Assembly: GCF_004010195.1 (NCBI RefSeq)
Contig: NC_057719.1
Span: 10,092,170-10,127,363 of the forward strand
Length of the DNA stretch: 35,194 bases
Reading direction: 5' to 3'
From: Chiloscyllium plagiosum
Taxonomy: Eukaryota
The notes under the pieces: model-generated
What the model was told of the DNA's origin: nothing
The model's database searches: none
What the model saw: only the letters and a program-made list of their open reading frames with translations
Position numbers and translations under genes: made by a program
Shown: positions 10,289-21,697 of the stretch, one piece after another
Layout: each line of letters opens with the position of its first letter
Position numbering within the stretch: the stretch's first letter is position 1

Positions 10289-10685
10289 AGGAAGGTATCT
10301 TTTCTGTTAGAAGTCAGTAGCTGGAGGACATGGATTTAAGATAAAAGATTGAAGAGTTAGGAGGAATTTTTTCACCTCGAAGTTGGTAGGAGGCTGGAAC
10401 TCACTGCTTGAAAGGGCTCCTGCCTGAAATGTTGATTTTCCTCTCCTCAGACGCTCTGACCTGCTATGCTTTTCCAGCAACACACTCTCAAGCCTGAAAG
10501 GGCAGTTACATCAAAATATCTTGTAACATCAAAGAGGTAGTTAGTCATTCATGTGTGTGTTTTCCACAGCCACCAAGGTGATGGGCCAATTGCTGGAAAA
10601 TGGGACTAGTCTGGTCAGATCATTGCTGAGTAGTGCTGTCATGGTGGAAAGAATGGTCTCCATCTGTAAATGTCTACGAGTCACT
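10289..10685 (+). mobile_element. CR1 3' end containing a 74-bp Penelope terminal fragment (10418-10491)
   Basis: AGGAATTTTTTCACC..CTGGAACTCACTGC; insert similar to 7140-7220. Confidence 0.75.
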
Positions 10686-11389
10686 CCACTGGTTACAAGT
10701 TACCATCCTAAAAATGCTCGTGTTTCTGCTGGACGATGAAATAATTTCAGTGGAAGGAAGATGCTGAACTGCTTTTAGAGCCCTCTGTTATATTTCTGCA
10801 TTTCTCCATACCTGAAAAGTTTAATCTTAACTTAGTTCGGAGTTCAAACTTCTCAAGATTTTAGCTGTCAAGAAAAACAGATGCTGTTCTAACTCAATGC
10901 TTACATGGGAGCTACAGTATTGTGGGGCATTTTAATAGTCTGGAGGACACCTAGTAACATTGTCCAATCCTTCAACCTTTCTCTTAACTGCTACCTGAAT
11001 AGAGCATTGACAGCCAAAACGCAAAGACGTATGATTTTCCAATGGATAACACCATGGGGAAAATGACATATGTATGCAATTGTATTTCAGCATTTTGCTT
11101 CGACTGAGATACTGGAAGGAACATGTACCAGGTTCATACATTTTATTTTGTGATTACCACAACACCATTGCATCATTCATATGGTGCATCAAGATATTTA
11201 TCTTGATACGAAGCAGATCTTGTGTTTCTTTAGTTCAAATAAAATGCACATGTGAACTGTGCATTTCTTCCCAATACATTAATCTAATTATTTTCTTTTA
11301 GCTATTGAATGGTACAGCAAAGGTTTATATCAAAATTAAAGTAACAAAAAAATACTTGAATTAAAGTGACCGGAATTGTGTGTGATAAA

Positions 11390-12525
11390 CTAGCATGGAT
11401 TGAGGATTGGTCACAAAGGCAGAGAGTAGGAACAAAAAGTCATTCTCAGGTTGGCAGGCTGTGTCCGCCAGAAGATAAAAACCTGTGAAACTAACGGTGC
11501 TACTTAGAAATGAACATACTGGTCATTCTGAAGCAAAGTGCTAAAGTGGACAAAACATGATCGATGCATCGCTCATACATTTTACTGGTTTTCCCTCTGG
11601 GTACAGCCAGGACCAGTACCTGGACTGCAGCTGTTCACAGTCTACATCGATACTACCAAGTTTGTTTCTTCAAGTATTATTTCTGACTTTGCAGATGACA
11701 CAACACTGATGTGAATGAGAGTGGTGAGGGTGCAAAGAGGCTTTCAGGGGATTGAGACAGTCCTTGGGAGTGGCCAAGAGCACATCAGATGGAATATAGT
11801 GATGATAAATATGAAGTTCTCGGAGAGGTGCAGAGTATTTATTTAATGATGAGAGGTTGCAAAGTATTGATTTTCAAAGGGACCGGGGTGTCCTTGTGCA
11901 TAAATCGCTGAAAGTTAACATGCAAGTGCAGCAAGTAATTTAGAAGGCAAGTACTGTGTTAGCTTTTGGCACAAGAGGATGGAGTACAGGAGCAAAGAGG
12001 TCTTGCTTCAATTGCATAGAACACTGGAAAGAATGCACCTACAATACTGTATACAGTTCTGGTCCCTAATCTAAAGAAGGATATTTACTGCCATATAAGG
12101 GCTGCAGTGGATGTTCTCCAGCCTGATTCCTGATATGGTGGGGCTGTCCTTTGAGAAGTAATTTAAGAAGATGTCTCTGCATTCACTGGAATTTAGAAGA
12201 AATATAGGCAATCTCATGGAAAGGATGTTTGCCCTGACTGTGGGGTCTACAACCAGGGAACATTGCCTCAGAATAAAAGACAAGCTATTTCAGACTGAGA
12301 TGAGGAGGAATGTTTTTACTCAGAAGGTGGTGATTCTTTGGAATTCTCAATCCAGAGACTCAAATCATTAATTTCAAGACAGAAATGGATATATGTTGAG
12401 TTGTTAATAACACCAAGGGATGTGGAGATAGTGCAGAAATATGGTATTGAAGTAAACAATCACTTGTTATCTAGAATGGCAGAGCAATCTCCAGATGAAT
12501 GGTCTACTCCTGTTCCTATATTCCT
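11390..12525 (+). mobile_element. CR1 RT C-terminus to 3' UTR, degraded
   Basis: WIEDW, TTTGCAGATGACAC (FADDT), QFW, EMRRNVFTQKVVILWNS, tail TACTCCTGTTCCTAT. Confidence 0.9.
11468..11600. mobile_element. 133-bp MITE-like insertion inside CR1
   Basis: Interrupts the CR1; ends CCAGAAGATAAAAACCTGTGAAA and TTTTACTGGTTTTCCCTCTGG form imperfect TIRs. Confidence 0.6.
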
Positions 12526-13639
12526 AAAAGATAGGTGGTTCAGAAGAAGTTGTCTTTCCATCAATTTAATGTAATCTTCCCAGGATATCAACTCTATTCA
12601 TTTCCCATTATGATCTTAAAGTGCCTCTGAACAGACCCTCAATAATTTCCTTTAACATCACACCCAATTAGCACCTCTGAAACAGTCCTTCATTAGCACC
12701 ATCCTGAATTCTTCATGTGATCCTTTGCACCCACATGCACGAGTGCCATGAATTGAGCCAAACAAATGCCACAGGATCAATCTCGTCCACCAGCTGATCA
12801 GGTAGAGTGCCAATTCTGCATCTTGCTTCACATTTACACTGTGTTGAATTACATTTTGCAAGGGCACTGCTCCCAATGCTATTACATTCTCGACAGGCAG
12901 CTTGGTTCCACATCAGGAACACTGAGCTTCCCTTGCCTCAGACTTTGCATCTTTTCATAGTGAGCTTGAACATAACACACTCAGGACCATGGAAATACAT
13001 CCCCTCACCATCATTTGTAAGAGAACAGTGCAAAGTCCTTGAATCAAGAAGGAAGAAAAAAGGGTAGTCAAGAATGGGTTAAAGTATGTGGAAAACACTG
13101 TGCCTGCCTAAGATAACTGCTATTTTTGTTATTTTTAACCATCACTTTGAAGATTACATTTTAGAACTGGAATGTATTTTTTAAACAAACATTTGTGGCC
13201 TTGGCAATTTATCATTGCCATCAAGTACACAGCGTAATAATGTGAATCAAACACACTCAGTTTATGCATTTTTTCTCACAGTCTTTCTGTACACAAAGCA
13301 ATTTAAACAGATAATGACAGTTTTAGAGTACTGTTTGTTACAGGTTAAAAGGGTCACAAAGTAATTTGCTATCCATTTTGCACTCTGGTCCCAACAAAAT
13401 GCAATCATGGTTTATATTAAAAAAAATTGTGACTAATTACATCAATGCACAATAGTTGCTGGATCAGAATTATTCAAAATTAGAACACCTTTTTCTCACC
13501 TCTTATAAATTTTCCTGGCATGACTCTTCAATACACCAAACAAATTATGGAATTGCAGAAAACAATAACTAAAGCAAAAGGATTTCTTGTTCCTGACCAG
13601 TTCATTAAAGTCACTGCAATCCTAACAGACCATTGCATG

Positions 13640-13802
13640 CTCTCTGACTGCTGGTGATTCAAACACAAGGTCACCACACCTCAGGTGAGGGGAAAATTTG
13701 AGAAGGGAAGCCCTTCACGGTAACCTCAGCTGTATAGGAATTGATCTGATATTGTTGGCATCACTCAACATTCATTACAAGCCAGGCATTGAGCTAACTG
13801 GC
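13640..13802 (-). mobile_element. SINE family A
   Basis: Reverse complement similar to 655-796. Confidence 0.75.
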
Positions 13803-14069
13803 TGCTACGTCATGCCACTCACAGGAGCTTTGACCCAGTTGAAGGAAGTGATCTAATGCTGAAAGCAACAGCAGACTGATTTCTAACAGTTCATGGTAGA
13901 AATTATTTGGAATTTAAGCATCCCTTTTATTGTCTTCTCAAGCAACGCCTCACCACCCCAACTTTCTCAAAGTAACACCTTACTGTTAAAACTCCTGAGG
14001 CAAAGGACTTGGGAGTGACATGAGGCAAGAGCAACTTTTCTTTTGATTATGTCCTGAAGCAGGATACAG

Positions 14070-14158
14070 TTCATTACCACCTTCAAGGTCAGCTGGAGAT
14101 AGGTAATAAATGCTGGCCCACGCTAATGATACCCACGTCCCATGAGTCAACAAAAAAT
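14070..14158 (+). mobile_element. LINE family B 3' tail
   Basis: AATAAATGCTGGCCC..CCCACGTCCCATGAG..AAAAAA. Confidence 0.6.
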
Positions 14159-14744
14159 ACCTCTGACATGATAGTTAGGATGAAATGTATATGATTTATC
14201 TTGATCAATATCATTTATTCTTACAAGTGTGGATGTTGAACTAGTGGCATATGAGTATTGTTGATTTTTTTTGTGTGAAAGAGTTTAAAATAATGAACTA
14301 GGTCAGTTTTTCCACCACCATGGTTTTAAGCTAATGTGCATCAGAAAGCAAGTAACAGAAGGCCTTCTGAAGTGTTGGTGAAATTTGTTCTTATCATGGA
14401 GATTTACAATAGAAGAGAGAAAACATTGAGAAATACTAGTTTGCTTTTGGGTTTAGGATATTTAAGGACTGATTGTTAGCTTAGAAAAATGCAGAGTACA
14501 ACAAGCTTTTGTGACCAGCCAGGAGTCAGGAGCAAGAATATTTTCTCTGTGTAAAAGGAAATTATTTGGAACAATTGGGGAATAGATTACCTCAGAGAGA
14601 GAGAGATTAGTTCATGAAAACTTCCAAGTAAGGAGTATCTTGTTGAAACTTATAGATTATGAAAAGCCTGAGAAAGTCTAAGCTCTCCATTTTGTCTGTG
14701 TAATCAAGGGTAAAACCCTCACAGCGCACAGGAACTGAGAATAG

Positions 14745-15067
14745 CATCGAATCCCTACAGTGTTGGAGCAGACCATTCGGCCCATCAAGTTCACATTGAT
14801 GCTCCGGACAGGATCCCACCCAGATCCATTTCCCTATCCCCTCCCCATAATTCTGTAAATGTCATAGCTAACCCGCTTAGCCTGCACATCCTTGGACACT
14901 ATAGGCAATCCATGTACATCTTTGGACTGTGGGAGGAAACCAGAGCACCTGGAGGAAACCCACACAGACTCTGGGAGAAAGTGCAAACTCCACACAGCCA
15001 CCCAAGGCTGGAATCAAACTTGGGTCCCTGGCGCTGTGAGGCAGCAGTGCTAACCATTGTGCCACCC
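14745..15067 (-). mobile_element. HE1-type SINE, near full length
   Basis: Includes the V-domain TTTGGACTGTGGGAGGAAACCAGAGCACCTGGAGGAAACCCAC. Confidence 0.93.
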
Positions 15068-15074
15068 AGAGAGG

Positions 15075-15237
15075 TGACCGGTAGTACTTTAACCTAAATG
15101 TCACCATGCCTCAGATGAGGGAAGAGGTGGAGAAGAAGAGTCTTATGTGGCAACTTCAGCTGGTGCAGGAATTGAACCCATGCTGTTGGGATTATTCTGC
15201 ATTGCAAACTGCATTCAGCCAACTAAGTTAACCAACC
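15075..15237 (-). mobile_element. SINE family A
   Basis: GGAATTGAACCC..CAGCCAACTAAGTTAACC. Confidence 0.75.
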
Positions 15238-15540
15238 CTGTTGTAAAGTCAAAGTCTACAGAATGGATAGTGAACAAAAGAATTCTCTTGTCTTTGAGTA
15301 ACTGTAAAATATTGGTGTATGGGCGCAGATAGGATATTGTTTTACAATATTCCAAACAGCGCTATACTTAGACAGTTTGGTTATTTGATGGTGTTGGCCA
15401 TGATTTTACACCAGAAAGGTTCACAAGTGATTGCATCAAGTTATTCTTGACCTGCCAATCTTATCTCCTCATTAATTTGTACCTGACTGATAAAATGTAA
15501 TAAAACACACAGCTTGTAAGATTGGAGTGCCTTTAAAAAA

Positions 15541-15855
15541 GGGCAGCAAGGTGGCTCAGTGGTTAGCACTGCTGCCTCACAGCATCAGGGCCTCAGATTC
15601 CAGCCTTGGGTGACTGCCTGTGTGGAGTTTGCACATTCTCCCTGTGTCTGCATGGGTTTCCTCCGGGTACTCCAGTTTCCTCCCACAGTCCAGAGATGTG
15701 CACGTTAGGTGAATTGGACATGCTCAATTGTCCATAGTGTTAGGTGCATTCATCAGAAGGAATTGGGTCTGTGTGGGTTACTCTTCGGAGGGTCGGTATG
15801 AACTGGTTGGGCCGAAGGGCCTGTTTCCACACTGTAGGGAATCTAATCTAATCTA
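15541..15855 (+). mobile_element. HE1-type SINE with (ATCTA)n tail
   Basis: Full head, V-domain, CR1-like tail GGGCCGAAGGGCCTGTTTCC, ATCTA x3. Confidence 0.95.
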
Positions 15856-15960
15856 ACAAAAGTGCCCTAACAATGCCCACATAGTGCTTTATTAGCTGAC
15901 CAAAAGGAAATACATTCCTCATTTCCATATCAGAAGTTAATGTCTACACTCTTACAGTAC

Positions 15961-16302
15961 AGGGAGGCAATAGCCGAGTGGCATTATTGCCAGACTATTA
16001 ATTCGGAAACATAGGATGTATTCTGGAAACCTGCATTCAAATCCTGCCATGGCAGATGGTGGAATTTGAATTCAGTAAATATCTGCCACTAAACATTTAA
16101 TGACGACCATGAAACCATTGTCGATTGTTAGGGAAAACCATCTGGTTCACTAATGCCCTTCAGGGAAGGAAATCTGCTGGCCTACACCTGACTCCAGACC
16201 CATGGCAATGTATGCAACTTTGAACTGCCCTCGGGTAATTAGGGATAGGCAATGAATGCTGGCCTGGCCAGTGACACCCACATCCCATGAAGGAATGAAA
16301 AA
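15961..16302 (+). mobile_element. SINE family B, full length
   Basis: tRNA-like head, body shared with 814-1052 and 22124-22485, tail shared with LINE family B. Confidence 0.9.
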
Positions 16303-18150
16303 CAAATCCATGTATATATTATAAATACCAGGCAGGATATATCACCAATACTTTATCAAAAACTATGTCACCTAGCGAGGCGAAGAAATGCAGGAAAGCA
16401 CAATAGCTTGGCAAATGAATCTATGACCACGTGCATATATTGCACATTTGTATATTGCAAATGTATTTCACATTCTAAATACCACCACTCTCTGGAACCT
16501 GGAGTGCACAGACAGAACGAGGTCTGTTTCAGCAACTTTATTTTGAACAGCTAACATACTTCTTTGGTCATCTGAGACAGCTCTGTGGATAATGCCCAAG
16601 GACACATTGGGAAGTAGGTGAAAGAGGTCAGGTGATCTAGGGAGGGCAATCTCTGTGTAAGGCTAGGGGGGAGTGTCAGATGCTCTTCAGATAATCAAGT
16701 GCCTTTAGACAGTGTCTGGTACCCTTTGAGGTTATCAAAAATAGGCAAAAATGTGCTTAAAGAGTACAATGGCAGTGTTAAACTGTCAAAGTACTGCTCA
16801 AGATGTCAAAACTGTCAAATAACTTTGACTACAAATATTTATGTAAGAGATTAGCTGAATGAGTCAGGAAACACAACTTTATTTTATGTCAGGATAGCTC
16901 CCGAGATCTGTCTGTGGCATATGTTAGGTGCGTTATCACTGAGGAGGACAAAAGGTGGAAGATGGGAGACATGTTATGGACTGATATGTTCGCACTAAAT
17001 TGGTATGGCAGTTAAAAAGCACCACAGAGATGAGTGCAGCGGGGAGGAACTGGCTGTCAGAGACATGAAGGGGGAATCATGGAAAAGGGCACGAAATCAT
17101 AAGGTGGCATAGTAGCATGAGAAGGATGGATGGAGGCCATGCGTACAGGCCGTTAGCAGGCAGTGTTAGCATGGATGGAGAAAAGGAAGTGTGCACAGGA
17201 AGGGGAACCATGAGCTGTGAGGTCTGTAGGGCCGTGCTGCTTTATGGCTTGATGTTTTATTTCCACATAGAGCCCCTGCACAGAAACAGATCTTACCCCA
17301 GGCCAAACCATCAGTGACTGCTCTCCATGCAGAAGGACCACCCACACTCCAAAAACAAAGAAGCAACTTCCCAAGGCAGTTTCTCCCTGGTCAGGTTTAC
17401 AGAGCTTGTAAAGGTCCCATCATTGGCAGCAGAAATGTGTCAAATCAGAAAAGATTTTTACTCTGAATCATTTCATATGAATATGCACAGCGTGAACATA
17501 TGGGCATTTTGTTTTCTAGTCCTGGACCTAAGGCTGTTGAAAGCACCTGGGAAAGAGAGAAAGGGAAGAAATGCCTAAAGAGGAACCCACCCTATCGTCT
17601 GCTCATTGGTAGAGTCAAAACCAAAGGAAGTGCCTCAAGACGCTTTCTAACATTATTACTATTCTTATAAAATATATCTGGACTGAAACTGTTGCCTTAT
17701 AATTGCAAAATAGTGGACTTCCTCTACCACACTGATAAGAACATAAACCTCATTTAAAAGGATTATTAAAATGAATTAGGCAAAATTGATCTCGCCCCAA
17801 AAGCTAATCGCTATAAATATTAGCATTCAGTATTTGGAATTATTTGCAAAGATTTTTGGTATAACAGCAAATGTGTTGCAATATTTCAGATAGTGATTGT
17901 CTCTCTTAAATTTGGCATTCCCCACAGTGCAGCATACTCTGCTGTCTGACTAACCAGTTGAACAAATTAGATCAGGGTTCAAAGGCGGAATGGAATACAT
18001 TTTGTTTTCAGAAAGTCAAAGAGCAAAAAAAAATTATTCTGAAGACTAATATTTTGATCTCAACAGTTTAATTGAGGAAACTATATTCCAATAACAATCA
18101 AAGTCTAAAGTGACACTACGAAGTCACTCTAGCTCTACCAGACCTCATTA

Positions 18151-18306
18151 GAGAGAGATGATTGGTGGTGATTTAACCTGTGGATTACCACGCCTGAGGT
18201 GAGGGAAGAGGTTGAGAAGGGGAGTCCTTCATGGTAACCTCAGCTGATGCTCGATTTATGCTTTTGGTGTCACTGTGTATTTCAAACCAGCTGTCTGGCC
18301 AGCTGA
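18151..18306 (-). mobile_element. SINE family A
   Basis: CCACGCCTGAGGTGAGGGAAGAGGTTGAGAAGG..CATGGTAACCTCAGC. Confidence 0.78.
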
Positions 18307-18593
18307 GGCCCTATAGTACTGCTGTCACCAGAGTATTGCTCGCTCTTGGCGATATTGAGCTGAATCTTACACTTCTTTAGCCAAGTGTCTGTTTCATCAG
18401 GTTTCATGGGGAGTTTCTCTCCGTGAAGCTTAAAGAGTTTTCTCCTCGATCCCTGAAACGCACCTCATTAACCACCTACCATACTCCTGCAGCATCTTTC
18501 ATCGATTTCTAGTCCTGTTCTATCCATCACCATGCTACAACTCACAGCTGCCTGTATATCCTGTATTGGACCAACATCCCTGGTACCATCTCT

Positions 18594-18910
18594 GGGTGGA
18601 ACAGTGGCTCAGTGGTTAGCACTGCTGCCTCACAGCGCCAGGGTCCCAGGTTCGATTCCAGCCTCAGGCGACTGTCTGTGTGGAGTTTGCATGTTCTCCC
18701 CGTGTCTCCGTGGGTTTCCTCTGGGTGCTCCGGTTTCTTCCCACAGTCCAAAGATGTGCAGGTCAGGTGAATTTGCCATGCTAAATTGTCCATAGTGTTA
18801 GGTGCATTCGTCAGAGGGAGATGGATCTGGTTGGGTTACTCTTCAGCGGGTCATTGTGGACTGGTTGGGCCAAAGGGCCTGTTTCCAAACTGTAGGGAAT
18901 CTTAAATCTA
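18594..18910 (+). mobile_element. HE1-type SINE nested in the Harbinger-like element
   Basis: Highly similar to 15541-15855. Confidence 0.95.
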
Positions 18911-19023
18911 AAATCATCTTTAAAAGGCTGTTGTGCAGCCAGAAAAGTGCTGTTAGTCCAGAACTGTCCTGCATGGTTCCTGACATTTACCATAGGCGTG
19001 CCAGATGACAGAATACTGGTTCA

Positions 19024-19590
19024 CCACTCTCTGGGCAGCAGCCTGGAGGTCCTGCTAAATAATGCAGTTGCAGAGGCAGAATACCACTGCCCCCAGGGTT
19101 GGCAGCGGGAGCCAAGACACCATACCCTGCCACCCTGGCCTGAGGTAGCAACCTGGGTCAGTGCAGTCTTAGCCAGTTGCAGGAATGCACAGTAATGCCA
19201 GGAAAAGGTCAAAAGCCTGCTCCACTCTGCCAGGGTAAGTGCCACCAACTTCTCCACGATCCCTCACACTCCCTCTAAGGCCACCTCCCATCAAGGCTCA
19301 GGCTCTATCACTCTCTCCAACGACTGCAACACCTTCCCTCATTCGCTGTCATCCATCCTAAACCCCTGACAGCAATAACCCTGCATTCCCTCTGTGCTGC
19401 CTATTCACTCATTCGGGAAATCTCTCCAACAGCTCGAAGTATAATATTTGTGCCACGCCCTATCATCTCCCTTAACATCGAGCTCTATCTCATTCCAAGT
19501 GGAAGGCAGCCAGGATATGGCAGAAAGAGTCAAGATGGGTAGCATTCAGCTCTTCACTCCTTATGAGGATTGAACATGGATTCTGACCAT
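19024..19590 (+). pseudogene. Myb/SANT-like DNA-binding protein pseudogene (Harbinger second gene), two exon remnants
   Basis: SSLEVLLNNAV..TLPPWPEVATWVSAVLASCRNAQ*CQEKVKSLLHSAR, then donor GTAAGT at 19235; after an AG at 19498-99 comes AERVKMGSIQLFTPYED*. Confidence 0.72.
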
Positions 19591-20034
19591 TCTGAGCGGC
19601 TGACTAATCACATCCAAGACCTGATTGGAGAGGCTGCCCTTGACATAATGTGCCAGGACTCCTTAAGCAGAGATTATCTCCCATGATTGGACTGGGGCCT
19701 GCTGGTAACCATGTCAAGCTTCCTAGCTTTGTGCCTGCATTAGGTATTAGCTGCGAAGTGCATTTAATAAGGTCACCAAGAAACAATGAACCTCTTTAAT
19801 AAGTAACTTGCCACTACCTAGCAAGAATCCTGACTTTGACATCTGGAACTTAGCTATAAGATGCAGCAAGTTGTTCCCGATGTTGCGACAGGCTCCCCTG
19901 GACATCTCAGGCAATTCTGCCACATTTCTTGCTATTGCCTCGGTCATTCACACCCCTGTAAGATTCCATCCACTTTGATTTTCAATGAGACCTTAATCCC
20001 AGGCTATATCTGATCCTTGTATAGATTCCTGCTA

Positions 20035-20160
20035 GGTGGGGGTTATATGGGTAGAAGGGAATGTAAAATTTACAACACAATCACATCAGCCATGATTTTA
20101 GCGAAAGGAGGAGCAAGATCGAGGGGCTGAATAGTCTCTGACTCCTCCTATTTTGTGTGC
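20035..20160 (+). mobile_element. CR1 3' tail
   Basis: ATCAGCCATGAT..GGAGCAAGATCGAGGGGCTGAAT..ACTCCTCCTA. Confidence 0.7.
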
Positions 20161-20244
20161 TAATATGCTTCAATGTTTGTTCCCCCGGGTGGATTACGTG
20201 GCACTACTTTGATTAGCATCAGAGCACAGCTCAAGTCAAATGAT

Positions 20245-20390
20245 CTAGTCACAGTCACATTGCTGCTTGTGAGAACTTGCAGAGTCGCATTTGCTCATGA
20301 CTATATTTCAGATAGAACATCATTGGCTATGAGGCACTTTCAGATGCCTCGTAATTGTGTACGTTAATACAAAAGTGTAGGTCCTTCTTT
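20245..20390 (+). mobile_element. DeuSINE-like 3' remnant
   Basis: CACATTGCTGCTTGTGAGAACTTGC..CATTGGCTATGAGGCACTTT. Confidence 0.55.
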
Positions 20391-21697
20391 GAATAAGGTC
20401 AAACAGGACCTGCTAATATAAAGGCAGGAGGAGTTTTTAATATAAAGGCAGAACCCGCTAAACCAAAGGCTGAACCATATTCCCATGTAGCTGCTGTCCT
20501 TGTCCTTCCAGGTGGTAGAGGTTGTGAGTTTGGAAGATGTGTATGAAGGATACTAATTGAGATGTGGAAGTGTTTGTTTCATAAACAAACAAGCAAATGA
20601 ATCTTGTCTTCAATGCTACGATTCGACAAGTACTTTGAAGTTTTGTGCTGAGGTAAAACAGTGAAGTACTGAGGAAACTCTTCAGAGCTGTGAACAAATA
20701 TAACGAAGAAAAATTATTTTCCGTTCCATCAATAATATCTGTTTCGGCATTTAGTTCCTGCACTATCCCCCTGTGGGACATGCACTGTGCTCCAAGTGGC
20801 ATCCGTTAACATGACACCCCCAAGTTGTACGAGTCACCTTCTCAATTGAGTCACTGCTTACAAACTTTGATGGAAGTTTTAGATTTCACAGAACAACGAG
20901 TAATCAATAATATACATGTAATATAATAATTCAGAAACAAGACACTATAAATAGTGCTGCATTTTATTTGCTCTGACTGACAAGGACAATAAATGTTGCA
21001 TAACTTGAGCATTATGAACTCATTTATCAGATGAGATTTTAACTCTTTCTGAATTCACCGACTCACATGAGTTAAAATTGGGCCCGTCAGATATGAGCTG
21101 ACAAACCTTCACTCAACACCATTTTTAATGATTATTCAGGAAGGTGGATACAATGTGTTCACATACAATTCAAAACAGGTTTTGTAAAAACCCATTGATT
21201 TTTAAAATGTGGTTTAATCTGAATGACGTGTTTGGTAATTGTTTTTAACTCACATTTCCTCTAACTTGACCCATATAAACACCTATTACTCAACTTTTAT
21301 CACATGGTTAACCTGCTTATGAGAGGGGTCAGCTACAATGTGAAGATTCAGGAAGATCCTGGATTTTAATATCCAGCCCAGCTGGGACTGTGGTGAAGCA
21401 GATATCTCTCCTACTTAAAAGGGGAGGTTTACTAAGGTTTGTACTCACCAGTATCATTTGTTCAGCCTGACTTTCTTCAGGTGAACACAAAATGTGATAT
21501 GACAACAAAATTCATAATCCAAAGCAAATATTTGCTATTACCTTAGTTTTTCAGACATATGAGGCTGACAATCAGTGCGCATATGCAGGCAGCGAGAGAG
21601 GAGGAGTGAGAGAGGAGGAGCACAAGGAGTGTGGATCACTTGCATCACCAGCTCTCATTTTAATGAACTCTAATGAACAGGTTCACTGTTGAGTGAA

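Larger units (their letters stand above)
18357..19971 (+). mobile_element. Decayed PIF/Harbinger-like DNA transposon (non-autonomous)
   Basis: Imperfect 14-bp TIRs GAGCTGAATCTTAC and GTAAGATTCCATCC, flanks ATT and ACT (3-bp TSD, one mismatch), internal Myb/SANT-like remnant. Confidence 0.62.

Noticed and set aside
10704..10811. Minus-strand exon candidate (TTTTCAG acceptor, GTAACT donor)
   Set aside because: Stops in all three frames.
12713..12922. Cys-rich 69-aa ORF
   Set aside because: Cysteine spacing fits no domain I recognise, non-ATG start, and no convincing splice sites.
15541..15610. tRNA gene
   Set aside because: The A/B-box-like head continues into SINE body and tail; no complete cloverleaf. 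The same applies to the other SINE heads.
18947..19195. Functional domesticated MSANTD/NAIF1-like gene
   Set aside because: In-frame stop within the domain, stop in the second exon remnant, and TIR-like ends still present.
20413..20452. 14-bp direct repeat TAATATAAAGGCAG x2 (TATA-like)
   Set aside because: Most simply a small local duplication; no other promoter evidence.
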